From assembly GCA_963643035.1 (NCBI GenBank), contig CAVIKO010000005.1:1170-65169 (forward strand): a stretch of 64,000 bases of DNA, in the 5' to 3' direction. Below, one piece after another: positions 9,908-17,690 of the stretch. The notes under the pieces were generated by a model, which was given only the letters and a program-made list of their open reading frames with translations, searched no databases and was not told the origin of the DNA. How positions within the stretch are numbered: the stretch's first letter is position 1; the number at the start of each line of letters is the position of its first letter. The position numbers and the translations under genes are program-made. This stretch comes from a bacterium. Its GTDB lineage: Bacteria; Bacillota; Clostridia; Oscillospirales; CAG-272.

Positions 9908-12900
9908 TCAGTCGAGGTAGGATTCGAGCGCGTCAGCAGCGTCGTTCAGGTAGCGAACGATCTGGACGGTCGTCTCGTCGGAACCGGTGAGAGAGGAAGC
10001 GGCGGCACGGATTTCATCGATGTCCTTGTTATCGCAGGCGGTGATGACTGCATCGTACTGACCGCTGTTCTCGCCGATGAGCTCCAGCACCTGGCTGATT
10101 CTCTTGTCCGCGAGCGTAGAACCGATGGGCAGGATTTCCAGATCAAACTCGGTTCTCTTCCGGTTGATTTCCTTATTGATGGTGTTGATATACTGCAGAA
10201 GGGAATCTACCGGGTCTGCATGGTTATTGTACGCGTCTAAGAACGCGAAGTTGGTATAACGGGCGAGGATGTAGTTGCCGGGATACTGCGGAACGGCTAC
10301 GAGGCTATCCATCTGCTTCTTCAGCTGATTGTATTCGCGGGACGTCCACGGCAGCTCTTCCAGAGCCTCCTTATTGGCGGTGGTATTCTTAGCCGCATCG
10401 CCGAGGATGGCAACAAGCTCGTTGGAGTAGTCCACCTGGAACTGGGTATCGGTGTACCACTTCATGAATTCCCAAGCGGAGGCGGGATCATCGGTACCGG
10501 ACATCATAACGAGCGCGCCGGTAGAGGACATGGTAACGTTGTTGACGTTGCCCTCTTCGTCCACGGTGCCGGGTACGGGACCGAATTCCCACAGACCTGC
10601 AATTTCCGTACCGAAGATAACAACGTTATTGTATTCGCTGTACGGACGGATCGCGATCGGCATTTCACCGGTCTTGAAACGGTTAGCGAAGTCGTAGGTG
10701 TACGGCAGAGAGTACTGCGTGAACATATCACACATGATCTCGAATGCCTCAAGGGACTTGTTGGAGTCGAGGTTGATGCGCATACCATCGTCCGCCCAGA
10801 GATCCTCATCCATCTGATACATGAAGGTCTGGTAGTCGGCGGTCAGACCGATTTCCATGTTGTTGAACTGGAGAACCGGCACCATGGCGAGGAGTTCATC
10901 CCATGTCTTCGGCACATCGAGACCGAGGTCAGCGAGAATGTCGGTGCGGTAGAACATCATGTTCCAGGACTGCGTGGAAGGCAAACCATATGTTTTGCCG
11001 TAAAGGGAAATCGGAATCATAGCAGCTTCGGTAAATCTTGCTTCCACTTCATGGAAGTCGGAGAAGATCTCCCGCATCTGCGCATTGTACGCCTTGGTTT
11101 CTTCATCCGCATCCGCTTCATCTTCGTATGCTTCCGGGTTGACGGCAAGCACCGCATGACGGATAGCGTACTGAATCGGGTCCGCGCCGGCACCGTCAAG
11201 GGCTACGTCAGGGCCAACGCCTGCGAGCACGGACGGCAGCAGCGTATCTGCGGAGACGAGCTTGAGGGCTACGTCTACATTAGCTTCGGGAACGAACTGG
11301 TTATCGATCAGGTTCCGAATGATCTGCGCCTGGTCACGACCGGTCACAACCCATACCTCGATGCTCTTTTCCTTGGCGGATTCCTCCGTGGAGGAGCCGA
11401 TGGAGTTGTAGTCGGTGTAGAACGAGCCGAAGAACTGCTTCATTTCATGTGCAAAAGCTTGGAAGAAGTTGCCTTCCGCTTTCGGCAAATCTGCGGATGC
11501 GGGCTGGATCAGGATATAGTCGATTTCCAGCGGCTGCTTGGTAACGGTATTGAGCCACGTACCGAGCGTACCGATGTTGGATTTCAGGTTAGAGAGGTTC
11601 GACGCAATTTCATCCTCATCTGTACCCATTCTCTCCAAGAGACGGGCGATGGTCGCCAGCGTTGCGGAGTTTTCACTCTTTACGTCTGCGGTGGACTCGA
11701 TGTAGGTGATGACGTCGTTCAGATTGATGGACTGGACTACAAGATCCTCCACAACGTCCGGCATTACACGTCCGAAGCCGTAGTCACGGTAGGAGTCCGG
11801 AGATGCGCCGGTCAGCTTCAGGATCTCGAGGTAGTCATCGTTGATGGAGTCCATGATCTCGTTTACCTGACGAACGGTGTCGCCCATTTCGCCGAGCGTT
11901 ACCTCCAGGCGCAGGGTGTGTTCGCCGGGTTCAAGATAGAACTGGAAGGTATCCGCGCCGTTGTTGGCGGCAGCTACCTGCCATTCGGTGTCGTAATTGA
12001 ATTTTGCGTAGTTGGCTTCTTCAAACGGGACCTCGCCGTCAATGAGGATCTTCCGGGAAACATACATACCGGACAGCTCATTCTGACGGAAGCGGAACAC
12101 GATCTCGTAAAGACCGGCGGATTCCACGTTGAAGTTGTATTCCACCCACTGGCCGACCTTCTGCCACTTTTCGCCGCCGATCGTATTCAGCATGATCTTT
12201 GTGTGATGCTGCGGCTCGGTGATGGCGGATTTCCGGTCGTAGATCGGATAAACGGTGTAGTCGGAGGTAGCGGACGGGGTTTCCGCATCGATGTGGATCG
12301 TGGAAGCGGTCGCCTCGGACTTACCGGCGATATAATCCTCGTAAGCGAGCTTATCCTCATAGGGGTGAATGGTGATCGTCTGGATCGCCATCGGCTCACG
12401 GACGGCCTCCAGAGTGATCGTGTTCTCACCGGCTTCGAGGTAGAATTCAAACGGATTTGCATAGTAGCCGTTGGAGTCGATGAAATCGTAAGTCGACCAG
12501 ACATGCTCGACATGAGAACTGGGACGCAGTTCGTTGCCGTTGGAGTCGATCTCAAATCTGCCGTCTACATAATCGTTGACCCAGGTTTTCTTCATGAGCA
12601 GGTAACGCGCCTCGGAGAAGGGAACCTTATCGTTTATGTAGAGCATCCGCTCGATGGAGTTTGTCTTTTCGGAAGTAGACGTGTAGTCGATGCTGATCGA
12701 GTAAAGACCAGTTTCCGGAATGTTGACCTTCCACGTGACCTTGCCATCGTCCTGCATCACAAGGCTCTGTCCGCTCTTACCGTTGTAGTTGGATTCAACC
12801 TTTACGGTAGCGGTGGTGGATTCAGCAACATAATCCGCCGCGTTAATCGTAACGGACTTCGTCCCCCGCTTCGCATCCGCGTGCTGCTCCTTATACGCAG

Positions 12901-13075
12901 CATAAGAGATGGAAGACAGGGATTCGCTGATTTCCTGCAGTGTCGTCTTTGTAGTGGTGCTGCTCTCGGCGGCGGTATCGTCTTCGGCAGCCATAACAGC
13001 CGTCTGTGCGGTACCGAGAGCCATCAGAAGCGACAGAGCAAGACAAGTCAGCTTTTTGCTTGTGGGTTTTCTCAT
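9908..13075 (-). CDS. giant extracellular solute-binding protein with two N-terminal CBM-like modules
   Basis: The ORF track gives 9908-13288. I prefer the internal ATG at 13075 (MRKPTSKKLTCLALSLLMALGTAQTAVMAAEDD), which has SD CAGGAGGAAG. Two internally duplicated beta-sandwich-like modules (FYLEAGENTITLEAV vs FYLEPGEHTLRLEVT). The C-terminal half is typical family-1 SBP. Confidence 0.85.
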   Translation of the reverse strand: MRKPTSKKLTCLALSLLMALGTAQTAVMAAEDDTAAESSTTTKTTLQEISESLSSISYAAYKEQHADAKRGTKSVTINAADYVAESTTATVKVESNYNGKSGQSLVMQDDGKVTWKVNIPETGLYSISIDYTSTSEKTNSIERMLYINDKVPFSEARYLLMKKTWVNDYVDGRFEIDSNGNELRPSSHVEHVWSTYDFIDSNGYYANPFEFYLEAGENTITLEAVREPMAIQTITIHPYEDKLAYEDYIAGKSEATASTIHIDAETPSATSDYTVYPIYDRKSAITEPQHHTKIMLNTIGGEKWQKVGQWVEYNFNVESAGLYEIVFRFRQNELSGMYVSRKILIDGEVPFEEANYAKFNYDTEWQVAAANNGADTFQFYLEPGEHTLRLEVTLGEMGDTVRQVNEIMDSINDDYLEILKLTGASPDSYRDYGFGRVMPDVVEDLVVQSINLNDVITYIESTADVKSENSATLATIARLLERMGTDEDEIASNLSNLKSNIGTLGTWLNTVTKQPLEIDYILIQPASADLPKAEGNFFQAFAHEMKQFFGSFYTDYNSIGSSTEESAKEKSIEVWVVTGRDQAQIIRNLIDNQFVPEANVDVALKLVSADTLLPSVLAGVGPDVALDGAGADPIQYAIRHAVLAVNPEAYEDEADADEETKAYNAQMREIFSDFHEVEARFTEAAMIPISLYGKTYGLPSTQSWNMMFYRTDILADLGLDVPKTWDELLAMVPVLQFNNMEIGLTADYQTFMYQMDEDLWADDGMRINLDSNKSLEAFEIMCDMFTQYSLPYTYDFANRFKTGEMPIAIRPYSEYNNVVIFGTEIAGLWEFGPVPGTVDEEGNVNNVTMSSTGALVMMSGTDDPASAWEFMKWYTDTQFQVDYSNELVAILGDAAKNTTANKEALEELPWTSREYNQLKKQMDSLVAVPQYPGNYILARYTNFAFLDAYNNHADPVDSLLQYINTINKEINRKRTEFDLEILPIGSTLADKRISQVLELIGENSGQYDAVITACDNKDIDEIRAAASSLTGSDETTVQIVRYLNDAADALESYLD

Positions 13076-13755
13076 ATAACCTTCCTCCTGCTTGTTTTTG
13101 GGACTTTGGCAATTCACTCCGTACCGGATATTCCGGCAGTCTGGACTGTGTATACGCCGCTGTCCGCCCTCACTTGGGGAATTTGTTTCGTGCCTCCGTG
13201 CATGATTTTGCCGCCATCCACCTCCTAAAGGCAGACACCTGACGCCGCGATCCGCTGAGACATCGCACCATCGACAATCGTTTCGCATCCGCCGGACGAA
13301 TCATTCCGCCATTCGCCAGACGAACACTCGTCGCACGATCTTTCGTCGCACGAATTTTCCGCTTCTCGATCGTACCGTAAAGGTACCCGGTGCGTAGCAT
13401 AAGATACGGAGGCGCAAACAAATTGCTCCGGACAGCTTTTTTTCTTCTGAAACGAACACATTCGCCGTATTCCATGCGGTAAATCCGCGTTTCGTCCGGT
13501 TTCCTTTCGCCAAACCTCCATCGGTAAACGGTCCCGATCGATTTTAGCGCGCAAGATCCCCGACTTCCCGCCGACTCACAGCCTTCAGACGAAAAAAAGG
13601 CATCCGAGCAGCATTGCGTCCCAAGTACCGGGAGAGCCACATGCCATAGGGTCCGCCTCGCAGATCCGCACAGTGACCGTTTTGCGGTCGTTCCGTGACG
13701 GGATTCTGCGGTTCGAAGGCCGCAAACTGGTCTCCCCCCGTATTTATATGCCATA

Positions 13756-13784
13756 ATCATAGCATAAACGCACAAAAAAGTCAA
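13756..13784 (-). promoter_or_regulatory. sigma-70-type promoter of the ABC operon
   Basis: Minus strand TTGACT-17 nt-TATGAT. Implies a leader of about 670 nt before the SBP start. Confidence 0.45.
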
Positions 13785-14058
13785 GTGTTATCCAGTCGAC
13801 GCGTGTGAAATTTGGTATGCAGCCTGTTTTCCCCACAGCGTTTTTTCAGGTTTGTGAAAAGATTCGGTCTGAAAACCGTTTTTCTGCCACATCCGCGTCA
13901 TATTTCCGCCTCTCTCCGAAGGTATATTATTTTTACCTTTATTGCACTTTTTGAGTTTGTTTTTGTTATTTTTTTGCTGTTTTTTCGTTTTTCAAATCCT
14001 CTCAAATGCTTGCAATTCACATTTCGTCATTTTTATTTACCTGATGCGGAATGCGTCT

Positions 14059-14074
14059 GGAAATCGCGATTTCC
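14059..14074. promoter_or_regulatory. perfect 16-bp palindrome GGAAATCGCGATTTCC (candidate operator)
   Basis: Read directly from the sequence. Lies inside the AT-rich island upstream of the ABC operon promoter. Confidence 0.3.
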
Positions 14075-14320
14075 TCGAAACTCGATTTTCGCACATTTGT
14101 TTCCGGTCATCCTGCACAATTTTTTTAGCATTTTTTCTACATCATTAAAAATTGCACAAAATTTCATAAATCTGCCACACAGAGGACGTTTTCGAGGATT
14201 TCACACCCGTTACATCTGTCATTCATGGGTGATTTAGGTTTTATTACCTTATTTTTTCCATTTCTGTCACCAATCATGCAGTTTCTTTCTCCTCTGGTGC
14301 ACCGTCCTATCACCGCGTGA

Positions 14321-15466
14321 TCAGTCCCTCAACAGTCGATGTACCTGATTCATCACAATCTCTGCCGCACGCTCCACATCCGCCGCCGTGTTGCCCTGTC
14401 CGAATGACAGCCGGAGCATGGTTCGTGCGATCTCCGGTGGGTATCCCATGGAAAGAAGCACCGCGGACGGCTCTGTACTTCCGCTGTGGCACGCAGCTCC
14501 CGGAGATGCCGCCAATCCCGCCATAGTGAGAGAGAGCGCGAGATTTTCCCCGGTAACACCGCGCCGTGCCAGAGACGGAAACACAAGACAGTGGGTGGCG
14601 CCGATCCGTTCCGCCGCTTCTCCGGGGATAACGAGATCTTGTATCGCATCGTGCAGGGTGTTCTCCAGTCTTGTACCGCTCTCATACACTGTTGTAAATT
14701 TCCGGCGATCCTTTACCGCAGATGCAAACGCCGCTGCCAACGGGAATGATTCCGTACCGCCTCGCATACCGGATTCCTGACCGCCACCCGTGATGGGAGA
14801 ATACCGCGCGAGATCCCCCCGCAGATAGAGCAGACCGATTCCAAGCGGACCGCCGCATTTGTGTGCCGCCACTGCAAATCCATCCACGTACGGCGCGAGT
14901 GCGGCGGGATCGCGATGAGGAGCGTATGCCACAGCGTCCGTGAAGAAATACGCATCGTGGGCATGGGCAAAAGCGGCAAGTGCGCGAATCGGCATGACGG
15001 TTCCGATCTCGTTCTGCGCTGCCATCGTGGTACACAGTCCTGTGTCCGCCGTCCAGACCGATGCAATAGCGTCCGCAGTGACTGTTCCGTTTGGACCGAC
15101 AGGTGCAACGCGGATCGAGAACCCCTCCCGAACGAGAGCGTCGCAGGCGGCGACCACGGCAGGATGCTCTGCGGCAGAACGGACGATGGTGCGCTTTCCC
15201 CGTTCTGCAGCGGCATGAGCGAGAGTATGGATGGCGATATAATCGGATTCTGTGCCGCCGGATGTAAAATACGTATCCTCAGGAGAAATCCCACACCACG
15301 CGGCGAGGACATGGCGCGCATCGGACAAAATCGCGGCAGCGCGTTCCCCGAATGGGTGGAGGGAGGAGGGATTACCAATTGTCTCGTCGGTGTCGAGAAG
15401 ATGGCGCAACGTATCGCGGGCAGCGGGTGAGAGAGGGGCATGGGCGGCATAATCGGCGTAAATCAT
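14321..15466 (-). CDS. cysteine desulfurase, class V aminotransferase (NifS-like)
   Basis: The ORF track start at 15478 is GTG. The ATG at 15466 (MIYADYAAHAPL...) has SD GAAAGGTG and matches the MIYLDNAATT start of the paralog at 30399-31583. Conserved SAHKxxGP-type motif (AAHKCGGPLG). Confidence 0.9.
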   Translation of the reverse strand: MIYADYAAHAPLSPAARDTLRHLLDTDETIGNPSSLHPFGERAAAILSDARHVLAAWCGISPEDTYFTSGGTESDYIAIHTLAHAAAERGKRTIVRSAAEHPAVVAACDALVREGFSIRVAPVGPNGTVTADAIASVWTADTGLCTTMAAQNEIGTVMPIRALAAFAHAHDAYFFTDAVAYAPHRDPAALAPYVDGFAVAAHKCGGPLGIGLLYLRGDLARYSPITGGGQESGMRGGTESFPLAAAFASAVKDRRKFTTVYESGTRLENTLHDAIQDLVIPGEAAERIGATHCLVFPSLARRGVTGENLALSLTMAGLAASPGAACHSGSTEPSAVLLSMGYPPEIARTMLRLSFGQGNTAADVERAAEIVMNQVHRLLRD

Positions 15467-15502
15467 AGAGGAATGCACCTTTCGCTGTGAGATTTCCTAC
15501 CT

Positions 15503-15531
15503 ATTATATACGATTCGTGCGAAAAGTGCAA
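15503..15531 (-). promoter_or_regulatory. promoter of the cysteine desulfurase gene
   Basis: Minus strand TTGCAC-17 nt-TATAAT. The -35 ends 4 nt from the first tandem-repeat unit. Confidence 0.5.
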
Positions 15532-15535
15532 TAGC

Positions 15536-15973
15536 GAGTGGGAATACTGTGCAGCAGATTTGTAGAGCAATCCATCCCACTCTCGAGAATTTCCTTGACA
15601 GGAAATTCTCCAAGGTTTGGTTTGACAACAGAGTGGGAATACTGTGCAGCAGATTTGTAGAGCAATCCATCCCACTCTCGAGAATTTCCTTGACAGGAAA
15701 TTCTCCAAGGTTTGGTTTGACAACAGAGTGGGAATACTGTGCAGCAGATTTGTAGAGCAATCCATCCCACTCTCGAGAATTTCCTTGACAGGAAATTCTC
15801 CAAGGTTTGGTTTGACAACAGAGTGGGAATACTGTGCAGCAGATTTGTAGAGCAATCCATCCCACTCTCGAGAATTTCCTTGACAGGAAATTCTCCAAGG
15901 TTTGGTTTGACAACAGAGTGGGAATACTGTGCAGCAGATTTGTAGAGCAATCCATCCCACTCTCGAGAATTTC
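15536..15973. repeat. tandem array of a 95-bp unit, 4 full copies plus a 58-nt partial copy, all identical
   Basis: Units start at 15536, 15631, 15726, 15821 and 15916. Each unit contains GAGTGGGA-N31-TCCCACTC and GAGAATTTCC-TTGACA-GGAAATTCTC. The ORF track shows the 95-nt periodicity (plus-strand ORFs at 15549/15644/15739/15834/15929). Confidence 0.97.
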
Positions 15974-16076
15974 TCTGAAACCGGGCAAATTTCGCTGCTA
16001 TTATGCCTATGCCCACTGTGTGCAAAATCACCGTTTTCTGACCGTGTGCGAATCGGGGAATTGTGGGGAAATCCTA

Positions 16077-16105
16077 TTTCCAAACAGAGCAAATGGTGCT
16101 ATAAT
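16077..16105 (+). promoter_or_regulatory. promoter of the antiporter gene
   Basis: TTTCCA-17 nt-TATAAT with an extended -10 TG (GTGCTATAAT). Confidence 0.5.
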
Positions 16106-16143
16106 AGTACCCGTACATTTTATGAAAAGAAGGGTTTGTTCCT

Positions 16144-17415
16144 ATGACAACGTTACTTGCCTTATCCATTGCTCTGTTTGCGGGGCTATTGATGTCTCGA
16201 TTGACAAAGCTTTGGAATCTGCCCGCCGTAACCGCGTATCTGGTGGCGGGGATCCTGATCGGCCCGTTCTGTCTCGGACGGCTGGGACTGTCGGGCATCG
16301 GATTTATCTCCATGGACGATGTAGGAAAATACGACATTATCTGCGACACCGCGCTCGGCTTTATCGCGTTCGCGATGGGCAATGAATTTCGGCTGGAGGA
16401 TCTGCGCAAAACCGGCAAACAGTCGATTGTGATCGCAATATTTCAGGCGGTAGTCGCGACGATTTTTGTAGATGTGGCGCTGATTATACTCCACTTCCTC
16501 ATGCCGGACAAGCTGCCCTTGTCTGCGGCGATCACACTGGGTGCGGTCGCGACAGCCACGGCCCCTGCGGCGACTCTGATGGTGGTGAAGCAATACAAGG
16601 CGGAAGGGCCGCTTACCCAGATCCTGCTGCCCGTAGTTGCCCTCGATGACGTGGTGGGACTGATCGTATTCGCGATTTCGTTCGGGGTTGCCAAGGCTCT
16701 GGAAAGCGGACACATGGATCTCGTATCGGTGATCGCGGACCCGCTGATCGAAGTATTCGCATCGCTCCTTCTGGGCGCGGTGCTTGGGTATCTCTTCCAC
16801 TTCACGGAGCAGTTCTTTTACTCGCGCAGCAAGCGTATGAGCATCTCTGTGACGTACGTTCTCCTTGCGGTCGCGCTGTCACAGCTGACATTCCAGATCG
16901 GTGCGGTAACGATCGGTTTCTCTTCCCTGCTCGTCTGCATGGCTCTCGGAACGATTTTCTGCAATTTGTGTCCGTTCTCTGAGGAGCTGATGGATCGTGT
17001 GGATCGCTGGACGGGTCCCTTGATGGTGCTGTTCTTCGTTTTGAGCGGTGCGGGGCTTGACTTCGACGTATTCTCCGATCCGGCGATCATTCTTGTAGGG
17101 GTGATCTACATTCTCTTCCGCTCCCTCGGCAAGATCAGCGGTGCCGCAGTTTCGTCCCGGTTCATGCACTGTGAACCGACCGTCCAGAAATATCTCGGCA
17201 TCACGCTTCTCCCGCAGGCGGGCGTATCCCTCGGTATGTCCCTGACCGCGATGTCCCTCGGCACGCCCGGTCTGATCATCCGCAACGTCGCCCTCTTTGC
17301 CGTCCTTGTCTACGAGCTGGTCGGACCCCTTCTGACCCGCATTGCCCTCGACAAAGCCGGTGAGATCCACGAAAAGCCCATTACGGAACGCGAGGCTGCC
17401 AAGAAACAGAAATAA
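16144..17415 (+). CDS. cation:proton antiporter (CPA2 / Kef-type Na+/H+ exchanger family)
   Basis: 423 aa with about 12 TM helices. N-terminus LLALSIALFAGLLMSRLTKLWNLPAVTAYLVAGILIGP is typical of the family. Confidence 0.85.
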   Translation: MTTLLALSIALFAGLLMSRLTKLWNLPAVTAYLVAGILIGPFCLGRLGLSGIGFISMDDVGKYDIICDTALGFIAFAMGNEFRLEDLRKTGKQSIVIAIFQAVVATIFVDVALIILHFLMPDKLPLSAAITLGAVATATAPAATLMVVKQYKAEGPLTQILLPVVALDDVVGLIVFAISFGVAKALESGHMDLVSVIADPLIEVFASLLLGAVLGYLFHFTEQFFYSRSKRMSISVTYVLLAVALSQLTFQIGAVTIGFSSLLVCMALGTIFCNLCPFSEELMDRVDRWTGPLMVLFFVLSGAGLDFDVFSDPAIILVGVIYILFRSLGKISGAAVSSRFMHCEPTVQKYLGITLLPQAGVSLGMSLTAMSLGTPGLIIRNVALFAVLVYELVGPLLTRIALDKAGEIHEKPITEREAAKKQK

Positions 17416-17557
17416 TCACCACCGTTTGGGAGAGGAAAAAACGGGACGTATGGTTTTGACGGGTGCTTTCATGGAATGGGATATTGCTTGTCCCGCCAAT
17501 GCCGCCGTCTGCTGCGCATCGTCTACTCCCACATAGCTATGTTTTTCCAAAGAAATA

Positions 17558-17595
17558 CAAAAACCGCCGGAGATACTTCCCCGACGGTTTTTTTG
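17558..17595. terminator. bidirectional intrinsic terminator between the convergent antiporter and glucokinase genes
   Basis: A-run, ACCGCCGG-N10-CCGACGGT, T-run. Confidence 0.6.
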
Positions 17596-17690
17596 ATGAG
17601 AACAGGGGAAAACACGGTTTCTCCCCTGTTTCATCCGATGAATTGTTTACAGATGTATCTGCCGACAAGCAAGTTTCCTTACCGGCAAGT

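Noticed and set aside
13076-13288. N-terminal 71-codon extension of the SBP ORF in the track (start 13288)
   Set aside because: The extension is Arg/Cys-rich and lacks an SD. The internal ATG at 13075 has CAGGAGGAAG upstream and begins a proper signal peptide. Analogous 5' extensions were trimmed for the genes at 17691, 18719, 20376, 26351, 27519, 32492, 34057, 35709, 41488, 42394, 50771, 52462, 54522, 56466 and 58277.
13170-13784. 204-aa minus-strand ORF in the operon leader (and overlapping 109- and 70-aa ORFs)
   Set aside because: Arg/Cys/Gly-rich composition that is not protein-like, and no SD. The start coincides with the predicted -35 box of the operon promoter. Treated as non-coding leader.
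13812-14237. 141-aa and 68-aa plus-strand ORFs in the AT-rich island
   Set aside because: The Phe/Leu/Ile-rich sequence is simply the translation of T-runs. The 68-aa ORF starts at TTG, neither has an SD, and there is no domain resemblance.
15536-15973. Possibility that the periodic array is a CRISPR locus
   Set aside because: The whole 95-bp unit repeats identically, so there are no unique spacers. No cas genes are in the window, and the period is longer than the usual 60-75 bp of repeat plus spacer.
15549-16147. Five staggered 68-72-aa plus-strand ORFs (MQQICRAIHPTLENF...) inside the array
   Set aside because: They are an automatic consequence of one ATG per repeat unit. There is no SD, and each runs into a stop in the next unit.
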